NCBI GenBank assembly: GCA_944371315.1
Contig: CALVXN010000003.1
Coordinates: 508 to 64,507 of the forward strand
Source: an uncultured Bacilli bacterium
Lineage (GTDB): Bacteria; Bacillota_I; Bacilli_A; RF39; UBA660
Length of the DNA: 64,000 nt
Direction: 5' to 3'
Shown here: piece by piece, positions 47,200 to 59,513 of the stretch
How the letters are laid out: every line of letters begins with the position of its first letter
How positions within the stretch are numbered: position 1 is the stretch's first letter
Made by a program: the position numbers and the translations under genes
Notes under the pieces: generated by a model
Databases searched by the model: none
What the model saw: the letters and a program-made list of their open reading frames with translations, nothing else
Told to the model about the DNA's origin: nothing

Positions 47200-50100
47200 A
47201 ATTAGTTGTATTCAAATTATCTAATGATATATCAGAATCATCCATTAATCTTTCTTCTAAAACTTCACTAGCATCGTCATTTAAAATTCCTTTTTCTAAT
47301 TCTATGCTTATATCACTATATTGTTTATAACCAGTTCCTGCTGGGATAAGTTTTCCAATAATTACATTTTCTTTTAATCCTTGTAAATTATCAACTTTTC
47401 CATGAATAGCAGCATCAGTTAAAACTCTAGTAGTTTCTTGGAAAGATGCAGCAGATAAGAAAGAATCTGTTTCAAGAGAAGATTTAGTAATACCTAACAT
47501 AATAGGATTTCCTTTAGCAGGAACTTTGCCAACCATAATAACTGGTTTATTTCCATCAGTAAATTCTCTTAATGATACTGTTAAGCCTTCAACAAAATCA
47601 GTATCTCCAGCATCAGTAATTCTAACTTTATTAATCATTCTCTTAACAATAATTTCAATATGTTTATCTGAAATATCAACACCTTGTAATTTATATACTT
47701 TTTGAACTTCTTTTAATATATATTCTTGAGCAGTAAGTGGATCAGTAACTGCAAGCAATTCTTTTGGTGAAATAACACCTTCAGTTAATTTATCACCAGC
47801 TTCAACAACATCTCCAACATTAACACGAACCTTCATATTATAATTAGTAACATGTTCTCTAACACCTGCTTCATTTTCAATAGTAATTAGATGTTTACCA
47901 TTTTGTTCTTCAATACCAATAATCTTACCACCAATTTCAGCAATAGTAGCTTTTCCTTTTGGAATACGTGCTTCAAATAATTCTTCAACTCTTGGTAAAC
48001 CTTGAGTAATATCGGCATCACCACCATGAGCAACCCCACCAGAGTGGAATGTACGCATGGTAAGTTGTGTTCCTGGTTCACCAATTGATTGAGCAGCCAT
48101 AATACCAACAGCTTCACCTTTTTCAACTAAATTACCTGTAGCAAGGTTTCGTCCATAACATTTTTGACAAACACCATTATTAGATTTACAAGTTAAAATA
48201 CTTCTAATTTCAACTTTTTTAATACCAGCCTTAGTAATTTTAGCAACAGCATTTTCAGTAATCATTTCTCCAGCTTCAACAATTACTTCTTTAGTTTCTG
48301 GATTAACAATTTTTTTAGAAGCAAATCTTCCTAAAATTCTTTCAGCCAAAGGTTCAATTATAGTTCCATCTTTATCATTTATTAAATCATAAACAACTAA
48401 TCCTTGAACAGATCCACAATCATAATCTTTTACAATAATATCTTGAGCAACATCAACTAAACGTCTAGTCAAATATCCTGAATCGGCAGTTCTTAATGCT
48501 GTATCTGCAGAACCTTTTCTTGAACCGTGAGTAGATAAGAAGAACTCTGATACCGATAAACCTTCAATAAATGATGAAGTAATAGGTATTTCAACAGTAG
48601 AGCCATCAGGTTTAGCCATTAAACCACGCATCCCAGCAAGTTGTGTAAAGTTTGAAATTGAACCACGAGCTCCACTATTCATCATCATAAATATTGGATT
48701 ATCATAATTATTTTTACTTAATTCAGCAAGTTCATCTTTAATTTCATCTGTTGCTTTATTCCATGAAGCAATGACGTTTTCATATCTTTCTTCTTCAGTA
48801 ATTAAACCTCTTTGATATTGCTTATTAATTTTATCTACTTTAGCTTTAGCTTTTTCAATAATTTCATGTTTATCATCACTTCTTACAACATCAGATATTG
48901 CAACAGTAACACCTGCAACTGTAGAATATTTAAAACCTAAATCTTTTAATTTATCCAACATACATGATGTTTCAGTAGTCTTATATCTTTTAAATACTTG
49001 AGCAATTAATTGTCCAAGTGTTTTCTTAACAAATGGTTGAACTAATTCCATTTTACTAATTTCTTCAGGAATATTAGATCCCATTGATAAAAAGTATTTA
49101 TCTGGTGTAACACCTTCAATATTTGCTTTAGTTCCTTCATTAACATATGGAAAAGTATCAGGTAATATTTCATTAAACTTGATTTTTCCCACAGTAGTTA
49201 CTAAATATTTATCCTTTTGTTCATCAGTAAATAATTTATATTTAAAAGCTTTAACAGGTATAGCTATACGAGTATGTAAAGTAATTTCTCTTCTTTCATA
49301 AGCCATTAAAGCTTCATCAGGGCTTTTATAAACATGTCCTTCATTTGGAAGACCAGCATATTCAATAGTCAAATAACAATTACCTAAAACCATATCTTGA
49401 CTAGGTGTAACTATAGGTTTTCCATCCTTAGGATTCAAAATATTATTTGCACCTAACATTAAAATTCTTGCTTCAGCTTTTGCTTCTTCAGATAAAGGAA
49501 CGTGAACAGCCATTTGGTCCCCATCAAAGTCAGCATTAAATGCAGTACAAACTAATGGGTGCAAACGAATAGCTTTTCCACCAACTAAAACAGGTTCAAA
49601 TGCTTGAATACCAAGTCTATGTAAAGTTGGAGCACGATTAAGTAATACTGGATATTCAGTAATTACATCTTCAACAATATCCCATACTGATTCATCTCTA
49701 GAATCAATTAACTTTTTCGCACCCTTAATGTTATGAGCTAAACCCCTTTCAACAATGCCATTTATTACATGTGGTTTAAATAATTCTATAGCCATTTCCT
49801 TTGGTAAACCACATTGATACATTTTTAAATTAGGTCCAACAACTATAACAGAACGTCCAGAATAATCTACTCTTTTACCTAATAAATTTTGACGGAATCT
49901 ACCTTGTTTTCCTTTAAGCATACTAGATAAACTCTTAAGAGGTCTATTACTTGCAGCAGTAATACTTCTTCCACGACGTCCATTATCAAATAATGAGTCA
50001 ACTGCTTCTTGAAGCATACGTTTTTCATTTTGAACAATTATTGTTGGAGCTCCAAGTTCTAGTAATTTTTTTAAACGATTATTTCTATTAATTATTCTAC

Positions 50101-50875
50101 GATATAAATCATTTAAATCACTAGTTGCAAAACGTCCACCATCAAGTTGAATCATTGGACGAAGTTCTGGAGGTATTACAGGTAAAACATCTAATACCAT
50201 CCATTCAGGTTTATTACCAGATTCTTGAAAAGCAACTAAACAATCTAAACGTTTAACTAAACGTATTCTTTTTTGACCAGTTGTATTTTCAAGTTCAGCA
50301 CGTAAATCTTCTATTTCCTTATCTAAATCAACGCGTTTAAGTAATTCTTTAATTGCTTCAGCACCCATTCCAACTGTAAAAGAATTACCATATTTTTCAT
50401 AATAAGCTCTATATTCTTTATCAGATAATGTTTGCTTTTTTTCTAAAGGCGCAGTTCCTGGATCTATTACAACATAACTTACAAAATATAATACTTCTTC
50501 TAAGTCACGCGGAGACATATCTAGAACAAGCCCCATTTTTGAAGGAACACCTTTAAAGAACCAAATGTGAGAACAAGGAGCAGCAAGTTCAATATGTCCC
50601 ATTCTTTCACGACGAACCTTTGAACGTGTAACTTCTACTCCACATCTATCACATATTATGTTTTTATATCTTAATCTTTTATATTTACCACAACTACATT
50701 CAAAATCTTTAGTAGGTCCAAATATTTTTTCACAAAACAATCCATCTCTTTCTGGTTTTAGGGTTCTATAATTGATAGTTTCTGGTTTTTTAACTTCACC
50801 ATAAGACCAAGAACGAATCTTTTCTGGAGATGCAATACTAACCTTTATACCTTTAAATTTACTAACATCTATCAT
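47198..50875 (-). CDS. rpoC: DNA-directed RNA polymerase subunit beta'
   Basis: Zinc finger CSCGKYK...CDRCG, NADFDGD catalytic motif, full-length beta' pattern. ATG 50875 (MIDVSKF...) aligns with the Bacillus N-terminus and lies 5 nt after AGGTGG. Confidence 0.98.
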   Translation of the reverse strand: MIDVSKFKGIKVSIASPEKIRSWSYGEVKKPETINYRTLKPERDGLFCEKIFGPTKDFECSCGKYKRLRYKNIICDRCGVEVTRSKVRRERMGHIELAAPCSHIWFFKGVPSKMGLVLDMSPRDLEEVLYFVSYVVIDPGTAPLEKKQTLSDKEYRAYYEKYGNSFTVGMGAEAIKELLKRVDLDKEIEDLRAELENTTGQKRIRLVKRLDCLVAFQESGNKPEWMVLDVLPVIPPELRPMIQLDGGRFATSDLNDLYRRIINRNNRLKKLLELGAPTIIVQNEKRMLQEAVDSLFDNGRRGRSITAASNRPLKSLSSMLKGKQGRFRQNLLGKRVDYSGRSVIVVGPNLKMYQCGLPKEMAIELFKPHVINGIVERGLAHNIKGAKKLIDSRDESVWDIVEDVITEYPVLLNRAPTLHRLGIQAFEPVLVGGKAIRLHPLVCTAFNADFDGDQMAVHVPLSEEAKAEARILMLGANNILNPKDGKPIVTPSQDMVLGNCYLTIEYAGLPNEGHVYKSPDEALMAYERREITLHTRIAIPVKAFKYKLFTDEQKDKYLVTTVGKIKFNEILPDTFPYVNEGTKANIEGVTPDKYFLSMGSNIPEEISKMELVQPFVKKTLGQLIAQVFKRYKTTETSCMLDKLKDLGFKYSTVAGVTVAISDVVRSDDKHEIIEKAKAKVDKINKQYQRGLITEEERYENVIASWNKATDEIKDELAELSKNNYDNPIFMMMNSGARGSISNFTQLAGMRGLMAKPDGSTVEIPITSSFIEGLSVSEFFLSTHGSRKGSADTALRTADSGYLTRRLVDVAQDIIVKDYDCGSVQGLVVYDLINDKDGTIIEPLAERILGRFASKKIVNPETKEVIVEAGEMITENAVAKITKAGIKKVEIRSILTCKSNNGVCQKCYGRNLATGNLVEKGEAVGIMAAQSIGEPGTQLTMRTFHSGGVAHGGDADITQGLPRVEELFEARIPKGKATIAEIGGKIIGIEEQNGKHLITIENEAGVREHVTNYNMKVRVNVGDVVEAGDKLTEGVISPKELLAVTDPLTAQEYILKEVQKVYKLQGVDISDKHIEIIVKRMINKVRITDAGDTDFVEGLTVSLREFTDGNKPVIMVGKVPAKGNPIMLGITKSSLETDSFLSAASFQETTRVLTDAAIHGKVDNLQGLKENVIIGKLIPAGTGYKQYSDISIELEKGILNDDASEVLEERLMDDSDISLDNLNTTN

Positions 50876-50884
50876 TTTACCCAC

Positions 50885-53800
50885 CTACTCTCCTTCATCC
50901 TCTTCATCTACTTCATCTATACCAGGAAATTCTAAATTATCAAAATCATCTTCATCTTCTTCTATTTCTTCTTCATAACTTGAATTAGGTTCTAAATTCT
51001 CTTCTACTTCAAAATTTGAATCTTTTGAATTAACATCTATTTCTTCGATTCTAAATGCATCATTATCATCTTCATCTTCTTCAATATCTTTAAATTCTAC
51101 AACTTTATCATCTTGATCAATTACTTGAACATCAAGTCCTAGTGCTTGAAATTCTTTAACTAAAACTCTAAAGCTTTCTGGAACACCAGCCTGATCTATT
51201 ACTTTTCCTTTTACTAAGGATTCATAAACTTTAACACGTCCAACAATATCATCAGCTTTTACAGTTAATATTTCTTGAAGAACATGACTAGCACCATATG
51301 CATATAATGCCCAAACTTCCATTTCTCCAAATCTTTGACCACCGAATTGAGCTTTACCACCTAAAGGTTGTTGAGTAACTAATGAATAAGGTCCAGTAGC
51401 ACGAGCATGTAATTTATCATCAACCATGTGATGTAATTTAACCATATACATAACACCAACATTAATACGATGATCAAATGGTTCACCAGTTCTACCATCA
51501 TATAAAACTACTTTTCCATCTTCATCCATTCCAGCTTCAGCCATTTCTTCTTTTATATCTTCCCATTTAGCACTATCAAAAACTGGAGTAGCATAATGAA
51601 CACCTAATTTTTTACCAGCCATACCTAAGTGAACTTCTAGAATTTGTCCAATATTCATACGAGAAGGAACACCTAATGGGTTAAGCATGATATCAACTGG
51701 TCTTCCATCTGGTAAATAAGGCATATCTTCTTCTGGTAAAATAAGTGAAATAACACCTTTATTACCATGACGACCAGACATTTTGTCACCAACTTGAATT
51801 TTACGTTTTTGAATAATATATACTCTTATTACTTTAGATACACCAGCAGGTAGTTCATCAGAATTTTCTTTAGTATAAACTTTAACATCATGAACAATAC
51901 CACCAGCACCATGTTCAACACGTAAAGATGTATCTCTAACTTCACGAGTTTTTTCACCAAATATTGCATGTAATAATTTTTCTTCACTAGTAAGTTCTTG
52001 AACACCTTTTGGAGTAACTTTACCAACTAAAATATCTCCTTCTTTTACTTCAGTTCCTATACGAACAATACCATCAGCATCAAGGTTCTTACGAGCATCT
52101 TCTCCAACATTTGGTATATCTCTTGTAATTTCTTCTGGCCCTAATTTAGTATCACGACAATCTATATCATAATGTGAAATATGTAAAGAAGTATAAACAT
52201 CATCTTTAACTAATCTTTCATTTAATATGACAGCATCTTCATAGTTATATCCATTAAATGTCATGAATGCAACGGTCATGTTCTTACCTAATGCAAGTTC
52301 CCCTTTATCAGTAGAAGGACCATCAGCAATTACTTGACCTCTATGAACTTTATCACCTTTTTTAACAAGTGGATGATGATTTACACAACTAGATGCATTA
52401 CTTCTTTCAAAATTAGCTAAATAATATGTATCTTTACCATTAGCAACATTAACAACAATTTTTAAACTATCTGCATATTCTACAACACCATCAGCTTTAC
52501 AAACAATTGTAGAACCTGAATCTCTTGCAGCAATATATTCAACGCCAGTTCCAACAATTGGAGCTTCTGTTTCAAGTAAAGGAACAGCTTGACGTTGCAT
52601 GTTAGCACCCATAAGTGTTCTATTAGCATCGTCAAATTCCAAGAAAGGAATACAACTAGTTGTAATAGCAACAACTTGACTTGGAGCAACATCTACATAA
52701 TTTACATGTTTTTTATCAATATAAACAGTATCACCATTTATACGTGATATAACTTCGTCATCAACTATTTCATTATTTTCAGTTAATTTAATTGTTGCTT
52801 GAGAAATATAATAATCTTTTTCTTCATCAGCTGTCATATAAACTACTTCATCAGTTACAACACCGCCAACTACTTTTTTATATGGAGTCATAATAAAACC
52901 ATATTCATTAACTTTAGCATAACCGGCAAGTGATGTAATAAGACCAATGTTTTGTCCTTCTGGTGATTCTATTGGACAAATACGACCATAGTGAGATGCG
53001 TTAACGTCACGAACATCCATTCCAGCACGATCTCTTGATAATCCTCCAGGTCCTAAACTTGATAAACGTCTTTTATCAGTAAGCTCTGCAATTGGATTAA
53101 TTTGATCCATGAATTTTGATAATTGTGAAGAACCAAAAAATTCTTTTAAAGCTGCTGTAACAGGTCTTATATTAATTAAAGTTTTAGGAGTAACGTTTTC
53201 AATTTCTTGAGTAGTCATTCTTTCACGAATAACTCTTTCCATTCTAGCCATACCAGTTCTAAATTGATTTTGAATTAGTTCTCCCACTTGACGAACACGT
53301 CTATTTCCTAAATTATCTATTTCATCATCACTACCAATATTGCTATGTAATCCAATATAATAATTTAATGATGCATAAACATCAGGAATAGTTAAACGAC
53401 GAACATCGACACTTTGATCAACACCAATTAAAGTAATAGTTTTCTTTTCATCTAAAGGATCAACCACTTTAACAGTTTGAACTTTATTATAATCATCTAA
53501 TTCTTCATTGATTTGAATTTCCTTAACATTTAATCCATTAGCAAACAAAGGACGAATTTTTTCAAGAATTTCCTTTGTAACTACAGTATTACTTTCAACA
53601 ATAACTTCTTTTCCATCAATTATAGGTTCAGCAAGCTTCAAACCTAACAATCTATCTAAAACATTTAACTTTTTATTAAATTTATAACGTCCCACTTTTG
53701 CTAAATCATAACGGAATCTATCAAAAAATCTAGTAATCAATTGATTTTTAGAAGAATCCAAAGTTGCAGGTTCTCCTGGTCTTAATTTTTCATAAATTTC

Positions 53801-54502
53801 AATTAATGCTTCATCTGTATTATTAGTGTTATCTTTTTCTAATGTATTTAAAATATATTGATTTTCTCCAAATACGCTAATAATATCTTCATCACTTGAT
53901 AATCCTAATGCTCTAAGTAAAGTTGTAGCAGTAACTTTTCTAGTTCTATCAATTCTAACATATAAAACATCACGAGCATCAGTTTCATATTCTAACCAAG
54001 TCCCTTTATTAGGAATTAATTCACCACCAATTATATGACGTCCATTTTTATCAATTTCTTTTTTAAAATATACGCTTGGACTTCTAACAAGTTGTGAAAC
54101 AATTACTCTTTCTGCCCCATTAATAATAAATGTTCCAGCATCAGTCATTAATGGCATATCCCCTAAGAAAATAGTTTGTTCTTTTACTTCTCCGGTTTCA
54201 TGCACAAAAAGACGAGCTTCAACTTTTAAAGGTGCAGCATAATTAACCATTCTTTCTTTTGCTTCTTTAATTGAATATCTTGGTTCATCAAAATAATAAT
54301 CACCAAATTCAAGTGAAATATTACCAGTAAAACTTTCTACTGGAAATAAATCTTCAAAAATTTCTTTAATACCATCATTTAAAAATTGTTGATAGCTTTT
54401 CTTTTGAATTTCGAGTAAATCATTCAACTCTAAAACGTTTTTCGTTTTCGAAAAACATCTTCTTTCACGATAGTCACCAAATTTTTTAACTTTATAAGCC
54501 AC
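50885..54502 (-). CDS. rpoB: DNA-directed RNA polymerase subunit beta
   Basis: Full-length beta pattern ([23 protein letters not shown]). GTG start 4 nt after GGGGTGA. Acidic C-terminal tail. Confidence 0.98.
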   Translation of the reverse strand: MAYKVKKFGDYRERRCFSKTKNVLELNDLLEIQKKSYQQFLNDGIKEIFEDLFPVESFTGNISLEFGDYYFDEPRYSIKEAKERMVNYAAPLKVEARLFVHETGEVKEQTIFLGDMPLMTDAGTFIINGAERVIVSQLVRSPSVYFKKEIDKNGRHIIGGELIPNKGTWLEYETDARDVLYVRIDRTRKVTATTLLRALGLSSDEDIISVFGENQYILNTLEKDNTNNTDEALIEIYEKLRPGEPATLDSSKNQLITRFFDRFRYDLAKVGRYKFNKKLNVLDRLLGLKLAEPIIDGKEVIVESNTVVTKEILEKIRPLFANGLNVKEIQINEELDDYNKVQTVKVVDPLDEKKTITLIGVDQSVDVRRLTIPDVYASLNYYIGLHSNIGSDDEIDNLGNRRVRQVGELIQNQFRTGMARMERVIRERMTTQEIENVTPKTLINIRPVTAALKEFFGSSQLSKFMDQINPIAELTDKRRLSSLGPGGLSRDRAGMDVRDVNASHYGRICPIESPEGQNIGLITSLAGYAKVNEYGFIMTPYKKVVGGVVTDEVVYMTADEEKDYYISQATIKLTENNEIVDDEVISRINGDTVYIDKKHVNYVDVAPSQVVAITTSCIPFLEFDDANRTLMGANMQRQAVPLLETEAPIVGTGVEYIAARDSGSTIVCKADGVVEYADSLKIVVNVANGKDTYYLANFERSNASSCVNHHPLVKKGDKVHRGQVIADGPSTDKGELALGKNMTVAFMTFNGYNYEDAVILNERLVKDDVYTSLHISHYDIDCRDTKLGPEEITRDIPNVGEDARKNLDADGIVRIGTEVKEGDILVGKVTPKGVQELTSEEKLLHAIFGEKTREVRDTSLRVEHGAGGIVHDVKVYTKENSDELPAGVSKVIRVYIIQKRKIQVGDKMSGRHGNKGVISLILPEEDMPYLPDGRPVDIMLNPLGVPSRMNIGQILEVHLGMAGKKLGVHYATPVFDSAKWEDIKEEMAEAGMDEDGKVVLYDGRTGEPFDHRINVGVMYMVKLHHMVDDKLHARATGPYSLVTQQPLGGKAQFGGQRFGEMEVWALYAYGASHVLQEILTVKADDIVGRVKVYESLVKGKVIDQAGVPESFRVLVKEFQALGLDVQVIDQDDKVVEFKDIEEDEDDNDAFRIEEIDVNSKDSNFEVEENLEPNSSYEEEIEEDEDDFDNLEFPGIDEVDEEDEGE

Positions 54503-54596
54503 GATATCACCCCATACACAATTTTTCTAAGACTATTTTAATTTAAAAAACAAATATGCCGCTAATACAAAATTTTAATGCTTTATAAAAACTTTG

Positions 54597-55193
54597 TCAA
54601 CAAATTTTTGCTCTAAAACAATAAAATCCTTTGCTTTTGCCTACCACATCAACATTATAATATTTTTCCAAATAATTTTTTGTCGATTTTGCACCCTGGT
54701 CTTTATGGATTATAAACCACAATTCACCGTTTTCCTCCAAATAGTTTCTAGCATCCAATAATATTGAATTGACAACCTTTTTCCCGGCTCTTATCGGAGG
54801 ATTAGTAATTATATATTCATATTTATTTTTTACGTTTTCATAACAATCACTTAAATAAGTAATACAATTTACATTATTTAATTTTATATTTCTTTCACAT
54901 AAATGCAGTGCTCTTTTATTAACATCAATCATTTCAACATAAGCTTTAGTAATTTTACTAATAATAATGCCTAAAAATCCATAGCCACAACCGACATCCA
55001 AAACTTTTTTTTCTTCTAAATCATTATGATTATCTAGAAATACATTAACTAAAAAACTAGAAGCATAATCAATTTTATTTTTTGAAAATACTCCATTATC
55101 ACTCAAAAATTTAAAACTATAATTATTTATTGTATATGGGATTTCTCTTATTTCACTTTTTAAATCCGGATTATTTGTAAAATAGTGTTCCAA
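54597..55193 (-). CDS. class I SAM-dependent methyltransferase, YbxB/RsmC-like
   Basis: VLDVGCGYGFLG motif I, ITNPPIRAGK motif IV. Sits directly upstream of rpoB, as ybxB does in Bacillus. Confidence 0.75.
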   Translation of the reverse strand: MEHYFTNNPDLKSEIREIPYTINNYSFKFLSDNGVFSKNKIDYASSFLVNVFLDNHNDLEEKKVLDVGCGYGFLGIIISKITKAYVEMIDVNKRALHLCERNIKLNNVNCITYLSDCYENVKNKYEYIITNPPIRAGKKVVNSILLDARNYLEENGELWFIIHKDQGAKSTKNYLEKYYNVDVVGKSKGFYCFRAKIC

Positions 55194-55276
55194 AGGCCTG
55201 TCCCCTTTTCTCGATATGAAAATATTATATTATATTTTTTAATAAAAAGTCAATCATATTTTAAATAATTTCACAA

Positions 55277-56323
55277 TTAATTATCACACAAATCAACACC
55301 TAAATTATAATCTTTATTAGCAATAATTTTTTTATCATTATTACACACTAAAATGTTAAATTTTTTTAATATATATTTATTAGCTACAATTTCTCCCTCT
55401 TCATTTCTTAATATTTCTTCACTATTTGCATCTTTTAAAATATCATCTAAAGTTATTCTAGAATCAGTAATTAAATAATTTAATTCATAAATAGTGTCAT
55501 TAGAATATTTTAAATAAATAGTATTAATACCATATAAATAATAATTTTGTAAATTAACATAACTTATTAAATCTTTATCATCTGAATTTATAACCTCATA
55601 TTCAAAAGAATCATAAACATTTGAAGCGATTAATTTAGAATCTACTAATTCGAAAATAAAAACTCCATTATCTACCTTCATAGACTCTAATCTACCAATC
55701 ACAGTTATATCATCATAAATACGATATTTACTTAAATTTTCATTAACTTTAACTCTTACTATATAATTACTATTAAAATTAACATAACCATTTAATTTAT
55801 TTTCTCCCAAAGTATATGAATTCAATTCTAAATAATCATTTCCTGATATTTTACTTATTTTTCCTGTAATCTTAACAAATTTATTATTATATTTTTCATA
55901 TACATTTTCAAAATCACTTAAAAATTCATTTATATCAATTTGATCTAAAGCTAAATTATCACAAACATAATTTTTTTTATAACCATAATCTAAAATTAAT
56001 GAATTATTACAATCAAATATTCTATAAAACAAACTATTATATACCTTTACCTTATTATTACTTACTACCTCATAAACAAAGATAGGTATTTTATCAAATT
56101 TATAAAATAAAAATGTATCTATACCATAACTAGCAATTAATAAAAATAAACATACTAATATTGAAGTTATATAATTTTTATAATTTACATATATTCCTAT
56201 GGAACATAAAATAATGCCTACAAGTAAAAATATAAGTTTTATTATATTATAAGAACTAATAATAAAAGCTACAATTAATAGCAAAAATCCAATAATTAAT
56301 AAAACAAGACTTTTTTTATTCAT
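55277..56323 (-). CDS. hypothetical membrane protein with an extracytoplasmic C-terminal domain
   Basis: Three N-terminal TM segments, then about 260 aa of beta-rich sequence. ATG 56323 is preferred (AAGGAAG 7 nt upstream). Confidence 0.45.
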   Translation of the reverse strand: MNKKSLVLLIIGFLLLIVAFIISSYNIIKLIFLLVGIILCSIGIYVNYKNYITSILVCLFLLIASYGIDTFLFYKFDKIPIFVYEVVSNNKVKVYNSLFYRIFDCNNSLILDYGYKKNYVCDNLALDQIDINEFLSDFENVYEKYNNKFVKITGKISKISGNDYLELNSYTLGENKLNGYVNFNSNYIVRVKVNENLSKYRIYDDITVIGRLESMKVDNGVFIFELVDSKLIASNVYDSFEYEVINSDDKDLISYVNLQNYYLYGINTIYLKYSNDTIYELNYLITDSRITLDDILKDANSEEILRNEEGEIVANKYILKKFNILVCNNDKKIIANKDYNLGVDLCDN

Positions 56324-56364
56324 AGACATCTTCCTTTCATAATTATTATACTTTATTTTGAACA

Positions 56365-56391
56365 CAAAAAAAAGTTGATTTGCATCAACTT
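56365..56391 (-). terminator. hup terminator
   Basis: Minus strand: AAGTTGAT-gcaa-ATCAACTT plus T9. Confidence 0.75.
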
Positions 56392-56406
56392 TTCTAAACT
56401 TTACTA

Positions 56407-56679
56407 TTAGTTTAAAGCGTCTTTTAATTTGCTTCCTGCTTTAAATGAAGCAACAGTTTTAGCAGGTATTTTAATTGCTTCTTTAGTTAATGGATTAATT
56501 CCTTCTCTAGCAGCTCTTTTTTTAGCGCTAAAAGTTCCAAAACCAACTAATGAAACCTTACCTTCTTTTTTTAATCCAGCAGTAATTCCTGCAAGTGTAG
56601 CATCTAATGCACGTTGAGCATCAGCTTTAGAAAGTCCTGCTTCTTTTGCAATTAATTCTACTAATTCAACTTTAGACAT
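56407..56679 (-). CDS. hup: DNA-binding protein HU
   Basis: MSKVELVELIAKEAGLSKADAQRALDA...GFGTFSAKKRAAREGINPLTKEAIKIPA is canonical HU. ATG 56679 is preceded by GGGAGGTAAG. Confidence 0.94.
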   Translation of the reverse strand: MSKVELVELIAKEAGLSKADAQRALDATLAGITAGLKKEGKVSLVGFGTFSAKKRAAREGINPLTKEAIKIPAKTVASFKAGSKLKDALN

Positions 56680-56865
56680 GTTCTTACCTCCCATACATTC
56701 TAAATTTTTTTTGTAAAGCCCATCGTCCTTACATATTAAATCTATCAAAAATTTGCCCTTAAATCAAGCAAAAGTAACTTTTTTTATTAAATATTGCATA
56801 TTAAAATGTATATGTATATCGTATTTTACTTAATTTGACATTTTATTTCATATAAAAAGCCATTG

Positions 56866-58344
56866 TTAAATAACAATAGCAATTAATGTATTAGAACCTT
56901 TATTTACAATTTTTGTAATGGTTTCTTTTAATTTATATCTAGTATTATCAGGCATCATACTTAATTTAGCCTGAATACCTTCTTGAACTATGTTTTCTAA
57001 ACTTCGTCCAAAAATTTCACTTTTCCAGATACTTGATGCATCAGTTTCATAATCTTTCATCAAGCGATTTATTAACTCTTTAGATTGTAGTTCACTACCA
57101 ATTATAGGTTCAAAAGTAGATTCAACATCAACTTTAAGCATATGAATACTTGAAGCTACAGCTTTTAGTTTAACACCATAACGATTTCCTTGTTTAACTA
57201 ATTCTGGTGTTTCCAACTTTAATTCTTTAAGTGTTGGATAAACAATCCCATAGCCGGCACTTTTAGCCATTTTCACTGCTTGTTTTAACGAATCCATTTC
57301 TTCCTTAGTTTCTGTATAAGAAGCAAAGATTTTAAGTAATCCTGCTTTTGTGGTAATCATATTTCCCATGAATGATTTTAAAGTTTCTTGATAAAGTTCA
57401 TTAGAGCTTTCTAAATTAATTGTAACTGTCCCTGTTGCAGCATCTAATTCACTTATATAAGCAGAAGATATATATAAAGAATCATTAAAATGCTCAAGTA
57501 TAAAATCAATATCTTTTACTTTTTCTACACTTATTACACTTTCTCTAATTTTTTCTAAATAATGTGCTTTTATTTCATGATTATTAGATAATACATGAAC
57601 CCATTCTGGAATAGATACTTTAATATCTAAAACCGGGAATTCATAAAGCGCAGTTTTTAATATCTCCATTATTTCTTTTTCATTCATTAACTCAGCACTA
57701 ATAGGAACTACTGGAACTTCATAAGTTTCACTAAGATTTCTTGCTAAACTTACTGTTTCAGTATTAGTTGGATGAATACTGTTTAAAATTACGATGAAAG
57801 GTTTACCAATATTTTTAAGTTCACCTATAACCTTTTCTTCTGCTTCCAGATATGAATTTCTATTAATTTCACCAAATGAACCATCCGTCGTTACAACTAT
57901 ACCAATAGTTGCATGATCTTTAATAACTTTTTCAGTTCCTATTTCTGCTGCTTCAACAAAAGGAATAGCATCTTCAAACCATGGACTTTTTACCATCCTT
58001 GGATTTCCATCTTCATCAACAAAGCCATTGGCTTCGGGAATGACATAACCAACACAATCAACTAATTTGATACTTGTTTCAAATTCATTAATTTTAATAG
58101 TTGCACCATTACTAGGAACAAATTTAGGTTCAGTAGTCATGATAGTTTTACCCTGTGCTGATTGGGGAATCTCATCTAAACAACGTTTTTTTTCATATTC
58201 ATCAGTTATATTAGGAACAACTAAATTTTCAATAAAACGTTTTATAAATGTCGATTTCCCGGTCCTAACTGCCCCAACTACCCCTAAATATATTTCTCCG
58301 TTACCACGCTTTGCTATTGAAGATATAATTTTTTCTTTTTCCAT
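56866..58344 (-). CDS. spoIVA: stage IV sporulation protein A (spore-coat basement-layer ATPase)
   Basis: IYLGVVGAVRTGKSTFIKRF...DEIPQSAQGKTIMTTEPKFVP closely follows Bacillus SpoIVA. Adjacent to hup as in B. subtilis. ATG 58344 lies 6 nt after AGGTG. Confidence 0.93.
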   Translation of the reverse strand: MEKEKIISSIAKRGNGEIYLGVVGAVRTGKSTFIKRFIENLVVPNITDEYEKKRCLDEIPQSAQGKTIMTTEPKFVPSNGATIKINEFETSIKLVDCVGYVIPEANGFVDEDGNPRMVKSPWFEDAIPFVEAAEIGTEKVIKDHATIGIVVTTDGSFGEINRNSYLEAEEKVIGELKNIGKPFIVILNSIHPTNTETVSLARNLSETYEVPVVPISAELMNEKEIMEILKTALYEFPVLDIKVSIPEWVHVLSNNHEIKAHYLEKIRESVISVEKVKDIDFILEHFNDSLYISSAYISELDAATGTVTINLESSNELYQETLKSFMGNMITTKAGLLKIFASYTETKEEMDSLKQAVKMAKSAGYGIVYPTLKELKLETPELVKQGNRYGVKLKAVASSIHMLKVDVESTFEPIIGSELQSKELINRLMKDYETDASSIWKSEIFGRSLENIVQEGIQAKLSMMPDNTRYKLKETITKIVNKGSNTLIAIVI

Positions 58345-58374
58345 AACCCACACCTATCTTTCGTTATCTACTTA

Positions 58375-58403
58375 ATGGTATGAATTACGTTTTAAGTTTA
58401 TGA
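58375..58403 (-). promoter_or_regulatory. possible sigma-E-type promoter of spoIVA
   Basis: Minus strand: TCATAAA (58397-58403), 14 nt, CATACCAT (58375-58382). Resembles the Bacillus sigma-E consensus (ATA... / CATACA-T), judged by eye only. Confidence 0.3.
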
Positions 58404-58409
58404 CACTAT

Positions 58410-58514
58410 TTAATCTAAGCTGACTTGATAAGGCACATATATACAAATTGGTATATATTCTACATTATCACCAAATATACACTGTCCTTTTTTAATTTGT
58501 CCCACCCCTTCCAT
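58410..58514 (-). CDS. unlisted candidate micro-ORF (34 aa)
   Basis: My translation: MEGVGQIKKGQCIFGDNVEYIPICIYVPYQVSLD. ATG lies 4 nt after AAGGTAA. The region is locally GC-richer than its flanks. Could instead be noncoding. Confidence 0.2.
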   Translation of the reverse strand: MEGVGQIKKGQCIFGDNVEYIPICIYVPYQVSLD

Positions 58515-58592
58515 ATAATTACCTTAATTGATAAGTGTTTAGAAGTTTATATTATAAGAAAATTTTTTACAAAATATGGAAATTTATTTTTT

Positions 58593-59417
58593 TTAATAAT
58601 AACCAAGCTCTACATAGACGCCTTGCATTCTATCATAATAATTTTGAACTCCCGTTGCAAAATTTAATACACTGCCAAAACCATTATGACTAATATTGTA
58701 ACTATGTGACTGTTCTAATGTAACATTAGTAACTGCATGTTGATATGTTCCATAAACGGTTGCATCATCCCCAGTTGCTCTAATTTCAGCACTAATATCT
58801 GTTTCAAAATATGAAGCATCATTTACTAAATTCATTGATATTCCAAAGCCATTTGATTGTTTTCTAATGTTTGTTCCATTCGGAGAATAAGTTATATAAT
58901 TATATTCTCCATCTGCCCAATATGTTTGAGTTCCATCTTGCGATCCTTCCACTATAGTTGCATCTTCAAAACGCATTGCAGTAACATCAAAAGATTTTGT
59001 TGCTGGAGTCACAAGCCACTGTGTATATACCATAACTGTATGCAAATTATTAGTAACATAATCGTCTATAATTTGAATTCTTTTATAATTAGATTCATAA
59101 TATGTTGTTCCTATTGATGTTGAATAATTAGAAACACTATTTTCAGGATTTATTTCAACATATAAATCGGGGTCAACTTCTGTATAAGTCATAGTTCCAT
59201 TAATGCTTTCTGTCCACTGATATAATTTTTCTTGAACATTTAACTCACCATTTGCAAGCCTTTCTAATTCTTCATCGCTCATTATAGATAATCTATATTC
59301 TGAAAATATTTCTCTTAATCGTGCATAATCTTCATCACTAATGGATGCTTTTACATTAGTAATCAAACACAAAGTTGCAATAACAAATGTTAATGAAAAA
59401 TACTTCAAATATTTCAA
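58593..59417 (-). CDS. hypothetical secreted beta-rich protein
   Basis: In-frame TTG at 59417, downstream of AAAGGAGGTG, gives the signal peptide (M)KYLKYFSLTFVIATLCLITNVKA. The mature part is Thr/Tyr/Asn-rich. No family recognised. Confidence 0.5.
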   Translation of the reverse strand: MKYLKYFSLTFVIATLCLITNVKASISDEDYARLREIFSEYRLSIMSDEELERLANGELNVQEKLYQWTESINGTMTYTEVDPDLYVEINPENSVSNYSTSIGTTYYESNYKRIQIIDDYVTNNLHTVMVYTQWLVTPATKSFDVTAMRFEDATIVEGSQDGTQTYWADGEYNYITYSPNGTNIRKQSNGFGISMNLVNDASYFETDISAEIRATGDDATVYGTYQHAVTNVTLEQSHSYNISHNGFGSVLNFATGVQNYYDRMQGVYVELGYY

Positions 59418-59513
59418 TCGATAATACCGCACCTCCTTTCGTATCCAAACAAAAGCATAACAAACTTTCCATAAACACAGCAATAGAAAATCGTGAGAAT
59501 AATAATTCCACGA

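Noticed and set aside
47887-48126. 79-aa same-strand ORF nested out of frame in rpoC, and likewise 51829-52026 and 52480-52692 in rpoB
   Set aside because: They lie fully inside highly conserved polymerase genes in an alternative frame. The products are Leu/Val/Lys-rich with no SD, so they are chance open frames.
54503-54596. Regulatory RNA in the rpoB leader or the 55194-55276 spacer
   Set aside because: I could not find convincing stems or conserved boxes by eye. These are most simply promoter and SD spacers.
56680-56748. Long N-terminal extensions offered by the ORF track (hup shown here; also obg, trmB, grpE, def, lysS, murD, rpoC, spoIVA, the ynbB-like gene and the XRE gene)
   Set aside because: In each case an internal start with a proper SD at 4-8 nt matches the conserved N-terminus of the family, and the upstream codons overlap promoters, SDs or the preceding gene.
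58425-58667. 80-aa plus-strand ORF spanning the spacer upstream of spoIVA and the 3' end of the secreted-protein gene
   Set aside because: It has no SD, overlaps a convergent gene end, and its composition is typical of random AT-rich frames.
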